DNA of 49,473 nt from a virus (taxonomy: Duplodnaviria; Caudoviricetes): positions 1 to 49,473 of IMG/VR virus record IMGVR_UViG_3300025417_000030; one strand, given 5' to 3'. The translations under genes and the position numbers were made by a program. Numbering within the stretch: position 1 is the first letter of the stretch; the number at the start of each line of letters is the position of its first letter. Positions 46,486 through 49,473 of this stretch are shown piece by piece. Under the pieces are notes generated by a model. That model searched no databases. It worked only from the letters and a program-made list of their open reading frames with translations, and was not told the DNA's origin.

Positions 46486-47802
46486 TTATTTATTTATTGA
46501 AATTTCATAAAATGATTGAGCATAATTCATTTTTACATCAAAAGTAAAAATATCTAATGGTTTTTCTAGTTCTTGTTTTATTTTTTCTAAAAGATTAGTA
46601 TTTTCAATGGTTTTATTACTTAATTGAATTAATAAAGAATCATGTGATTGGCTTATAATTCTATCACATAAATTTTGCGGAAAAAATTCTATTATGTTAT
46701 TTAGTTTATAAAAGAAAATATCAGCGGCAGTTGATTGAATATAATAATTTAATATAGCATGAATTTTTTCAATCTTTATTTTTTTACCAAAATAATTTAA
46801 TAAATAATTATTTTCAATTTTAAAATTTGGCTTTTCATTAAAAATTGGAAAACTTAACAATAATTCTTCATTTATTTGCATTCCTGTTTCCAAGAAAATT
46901 TCAGTACAAACTTTTTTAAGATTCATACCATATAAATAAGCATAATTTATTCTTTTACCAATTTCTCTGTTATTTATGTGAATATTAAGATATTCAAGAA
47001 TTTTAATATGTGGGTCTTTACTTTTTTCTATACCTAAAATATCACATAATATATTATATTCAAAAGCACTAAAATCAAATTCAATTAAATAACAATTTTT
47101 TTGTGATATTGTAAAATCCTTTTTTTGTTCTTTTGATAATGTTTGTAATTCCTTACAATATAATCTACCACTAATTGAATCAGTAAAATTAAACTTAGCA
47201 AATAAATTTTTTGTTTCATCTAATTTCCTATTAGAATCTTCAATAAAATTGTAAACCTTATTATTACTTAAAAATTCCCTACAATTTATTATTGAACTTA
47301 CATAAAGGTTTTCCTTTATTTCAAATTGTGTTAATATATAAAATAATACTTCACAATATTCTATTTTAATCTCATTACAATATTCTTCTAATTCTTTTAA
47401 TGAAAAATTAAAATAATAATTTCGAAGAATTTTCTCAATTTTAATAAAATCTGTTTTTATATCAAAATTTAAATTAAAATATCTTATATATTCTTTATTT
47501 AAAGTATAAATTTTATTATTTTTTAAAAAGAAAAATTCTTTATTCGAATCAATAATAAATTCTGGGTCTTTAATGGGAGTAAATACATTTTCAACTTCAA
47601 ATAAATTTTCTTCAAAATAAGTGTAAAAAAAATCTTCTAAATCATCAGTCCAATAAATATTCTTAGTAATCTTATTGTTTAAAAAAACAACATCAGGAAA
47701 TGCCTCTATAGCTTTATCAAAATTATGATAAAGAGTTACTAGCCCTTTATCATAATTCAAAGGGTTATTAATATTAAATTCTGAGATTATATTAAATAGC
47801 AT
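46486..47802 (-). CDS. compact family A DNA polymerase-like protein
   Basis: SGRL, motif A EFDFSAFE, motif B KRINYAYLYG, NYYIQSTAAD, motif C HDS. Confidence 0.8.
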   Translation of the reverse strand: MLFNIISEFNINNPLNYDKGLVTLYHNFDKAIEAFPDVVFLNNKITKNIYWTDDLEDFFYTYFEENLFEVENVFTPIKDPEFIIDSNKEFFFLKNNKIYTLNKEYIRYFNLNFDIKTDFIKIEKILRNYYFNFSLKELEEYCNEIKIEYCEVLFYILTQFEIKENLYVSSIINCREFLSNNKVYNFIEDSNRKLDETKNLFAKFNFTDSISGRLYCKELQTLSKEQKKDFTISQKNCYLIEFDFSAFEYNILCDILGIEKSKDPHIKILEYLNIHINNREIGKRINYAYLYGMNLKKVCTEIFLETGMQINEELLLSFPIFNEKPNFKIENNYLLNYFGKKIKIEKIHAILNYYIQSTAADIFFYKLNNIIEFFPQNLCDRIISQSHDSLLIQLSNKTIENTNLLEKIKQELEKPLDIFTFDVKMNYAQSFYEISINK

Positions 47803-48506
47803 TCCACAATTTCATTTATACTAAGAAGTTTAAACTTTATATCATCAAAATATTCAGTACTTGAAAAATGGAAATGTCCATAAAACCATCCTTCAAGTTT
47901 ATTTTCGACTTTTAAAATATTATAAGCTTTATATAAATCAGACCTTTCTTTTATTAAGTCTAATTTTAAATTTTCGTCTTTTAAACTATAATGTTCGACT
48001 AAATGATTGAAATTATAAGGTTTTACAAAATTAGGTGCATTATGTGTAATTACATAAGAAATATTTTTTAAATCTTTTAATTTTTCAATATCTAAAACAA
48101 AATTTTCATCTTCCCAATATTCAATGATACCATTATTTTTTCTCCTTAAAATTCTATTCATTCTATCAATACTAATAGCCCCACCTATAAATAAAAATTT
48201 AACATCATTTATTACTTTTACAGTATAATCTTGTAAAAGTTCGATATTACTTTCTATTTTATTATTTTTAAAATAAGAAGGATTATCATGATTACCTCTA
48301 ATAACAAAAAGTTCACAATTGTGCATTTTTAGCATATTGTTCAAAAATTTTAATTCATTTTTTTCTTTTTTCAATTCGAACCCTAAACCAAAATCACCAA
48401 CTTGTATATAAAGAGAATTAATGATATTGTTATTATGTATATGATATGATATGGCGTGGAAATCACCATGTATATCCCCTACTATATAAATTGCATTATA
48501 TTTCAT
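47787..48506 (-). CDS. calcineurin-like metallophosphoesterase
   Basis: GDIHG, GDFG, GNHD, ITH, GHFH. Confidence 0.9.
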   Translation of the reverse strand: MKYNAIYIVGDIHGDFHAISYHIHNNNIINSLYIQVGDFGLGFELKKEKNELKFLNNMLKMHNCELFVIRGNHDNPSYFKNNKIESNIELLQDYTVKVINDVKFLFIGGAISIDRMNRILRRKNNGIIEYWEDENFVLDIEKLKDLKNISYVITHNAPNFVKPYNFNHLVEHYSLKDENLKLDLIKERSDLYKAYNILKVENKLEGWFYGHFHFSSTEYFDDIKFKLLSINEIVECYLI

Positions 48507-48510
48507 TCTA

Positions 48511-48539
48511 CAAAGTTAGTAAATAATTTATCTACTTTT
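48511..48539 (-). promoter_or_regulatory. class 1 promoter
   Basis: AAAAGTAGATAA-attatttac-TAACTTTG. Confidence 0.8.
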
Positions 48540-48623
48540 ATAGTTTTTTACTAAAATCGTAAAATAAAAAATTTGGTTAAGCATTTTATGCGGGTATATG
48601 GTTTTTAAATCCTTTAGAAATTT

Positions 48624-48638
48624 ACAATAATTAAAAAA
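48624..48638 (+). promoter_or_regulatory. class 2 promoter motif
   Basis: ACAATAATTAAAAAA. Confidence 0.6.
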
Positions 48639-48640
48639 CA

Positions 48641-49054
48641 ATGGCTATTAAAAAGAAAATAATAAGAAAATTACCTTCTCTAAAACCTAAAAGAATAATA
48701 AAACGTGATATAAGTACAATTGGAATAAGTCATGGAGAAGAATTTTTTGGTTTGTGGTTAAAAAAATTAGGAATTGAAATTGAAACTCAGTTTAATATTG
48801 GATTCAAATATTACGATTTTAAAGTTAAAGGTAAAAAAATTTTAATCGAGTATGATGGAGATTTTTGGCATGCTAACCCAGAAGAATTTAAAAAATTAAA
48901 TGCTATGCAAAGAAAAGCTAAAAAAAATGATAAATTTAAAAATGAATTAGCTAGAGCAAATGGGTATAAACTTATAAGAATTTGGGAGAGTGAATTTAAA
49001 AATCAACCTTCACAAGTAAAAGAAAAATTATTAAAAGAAATTTTAAATGACTAA
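48641..49054 (+). CDS. Vsr/DUF559-like endonuclease
   Basis: E...YDF...IEYDGDFWH...D..K...A...GY.LIRIWE. Confidence 0.8.
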   Translation: MAIKKKIIRKLPSLKPKRIIKRDISTIGISHGEEFFGLWLKKLGIEIETQFNIGFKYYDFKVKGKKILIEYDGDFWHANPEEFKKLNAMQRKAKKNDKFKNELARANGYKLIRIWESEFKNQPSQVKEKLLKEILND

Positions 49055-49473
49055 TAAAGACCTTATAAAACAATACATTGATTCTGGTTTACGCATTAGT
49101 GAATATCAATTTAATCAATTATCTAATTCTCAAAAGAAAACTTATATGAGAAAAAGAATTATGGCAATTGATAATAATGAATATGATGATTTTTCTGATT
49201 TTGAATACAATTATTTGCCTTTAGATTTTAAGTTAAATAAAATTAAGAATAAAATTTTAAATAATGAACTTTATTATTTGCCTGATTGTTTAAAAGAAAG
49301 AGAATTTAATTTAATTGATGACGATTTAAAAAACATATATTTAGAAAAAATAATAAAAAATAGATTTATACCTACATTTCATTTATTTGAATGGGAATTT
49401 GCAAGTAATAAACAAAAAGAGAAAATTATTGATAAAAAAATTTATAATGGTAGATGGTTAGAACCAAATGAAT
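49047..49473 (+). CDS. MTNKDLIKQY-family helical repeat protein, 3'-truncated by window edge
   Basis: Reads MTNKDLIKQYIDSGLRISEYQFNQLSNSQKKTYMRKR, open to window end. Confidence 0.8.
   Translation, partial: MTNKDLIKQYIDSGLRISEYQFNQLSNSQKKTYMRKRIMAIDNNEYDDFSDFEYNYLPLDFKLNKIKNKILNNELYYLPDCLKEREFNLIDDDLKNIYLEKIIKNRFIPTFHLFEWEFASNKQKEKIIDKKIYNGRWLEPNE

Noticed and set aside
1789-48539. Repeated AGTAGATAA motif as CRISPR repeats or integron-like att sites
   Set aside because: Dispersed, non-palindromic, at fixed distance from a -7 element; no regular spacers, cas genes or integrase in the window.
1-49473. Alternative genetic code (stop-codon reassignment)
   Set aside because: Coding density is high in the standard code and TAA, TAG and TGA all terminate genes at sensible positions; only one isolated in-frame TAA was found.
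1094-49473. Diversity-generating retroelement acting on the LRR or MTNKD paralogs
   Set aside because: No reverse transcriptase and no near-identical TR/VR pair differing only at adenines was seen.

Overview
Very AT-rich, gene-dense segment of a large (jumbo-type, T4-like replication module) bacteriophage genome, standard genetic code. The host is probably Bacteroidota, judged from the TAnnTTTG -7 promoter elements. It contains a DNA ligase, RadA-like ATPase, sliding clamp, clamp loader, compact PolA-like protein and a solo TnpB. It carries a phage ribosome-rescue set (3' part of a tmRNA, SmpB, Pth2-like hydrolase, S4-domain protein), several ADP-ribosyltransferase-like and kinase domains with putative L/I-x-E maturation sites, and two ADP-ribosylglycohydrolases. 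The strongest candidate new system is a TGT/DpdA-like + QueD-like + glycosyltransferase + two paralogous unknown genes cluster interleaved with the clamp genes, suggesting a glycosylated 7-deazaguanine modification. Two promoter classes are readable from the sequence: AGTAGATAA-N9-TAnnTTTG (13 sites) and (CA)ATAATTAAAAA (10 sites). Sequences complementary to the early leaders recur before terminators, including in a candidate ~95 nt sRNA. Five genes are broken by single-base indels in A-runs, which may be assembly errors. All family assignments are from motif recognition only; no searches were run.
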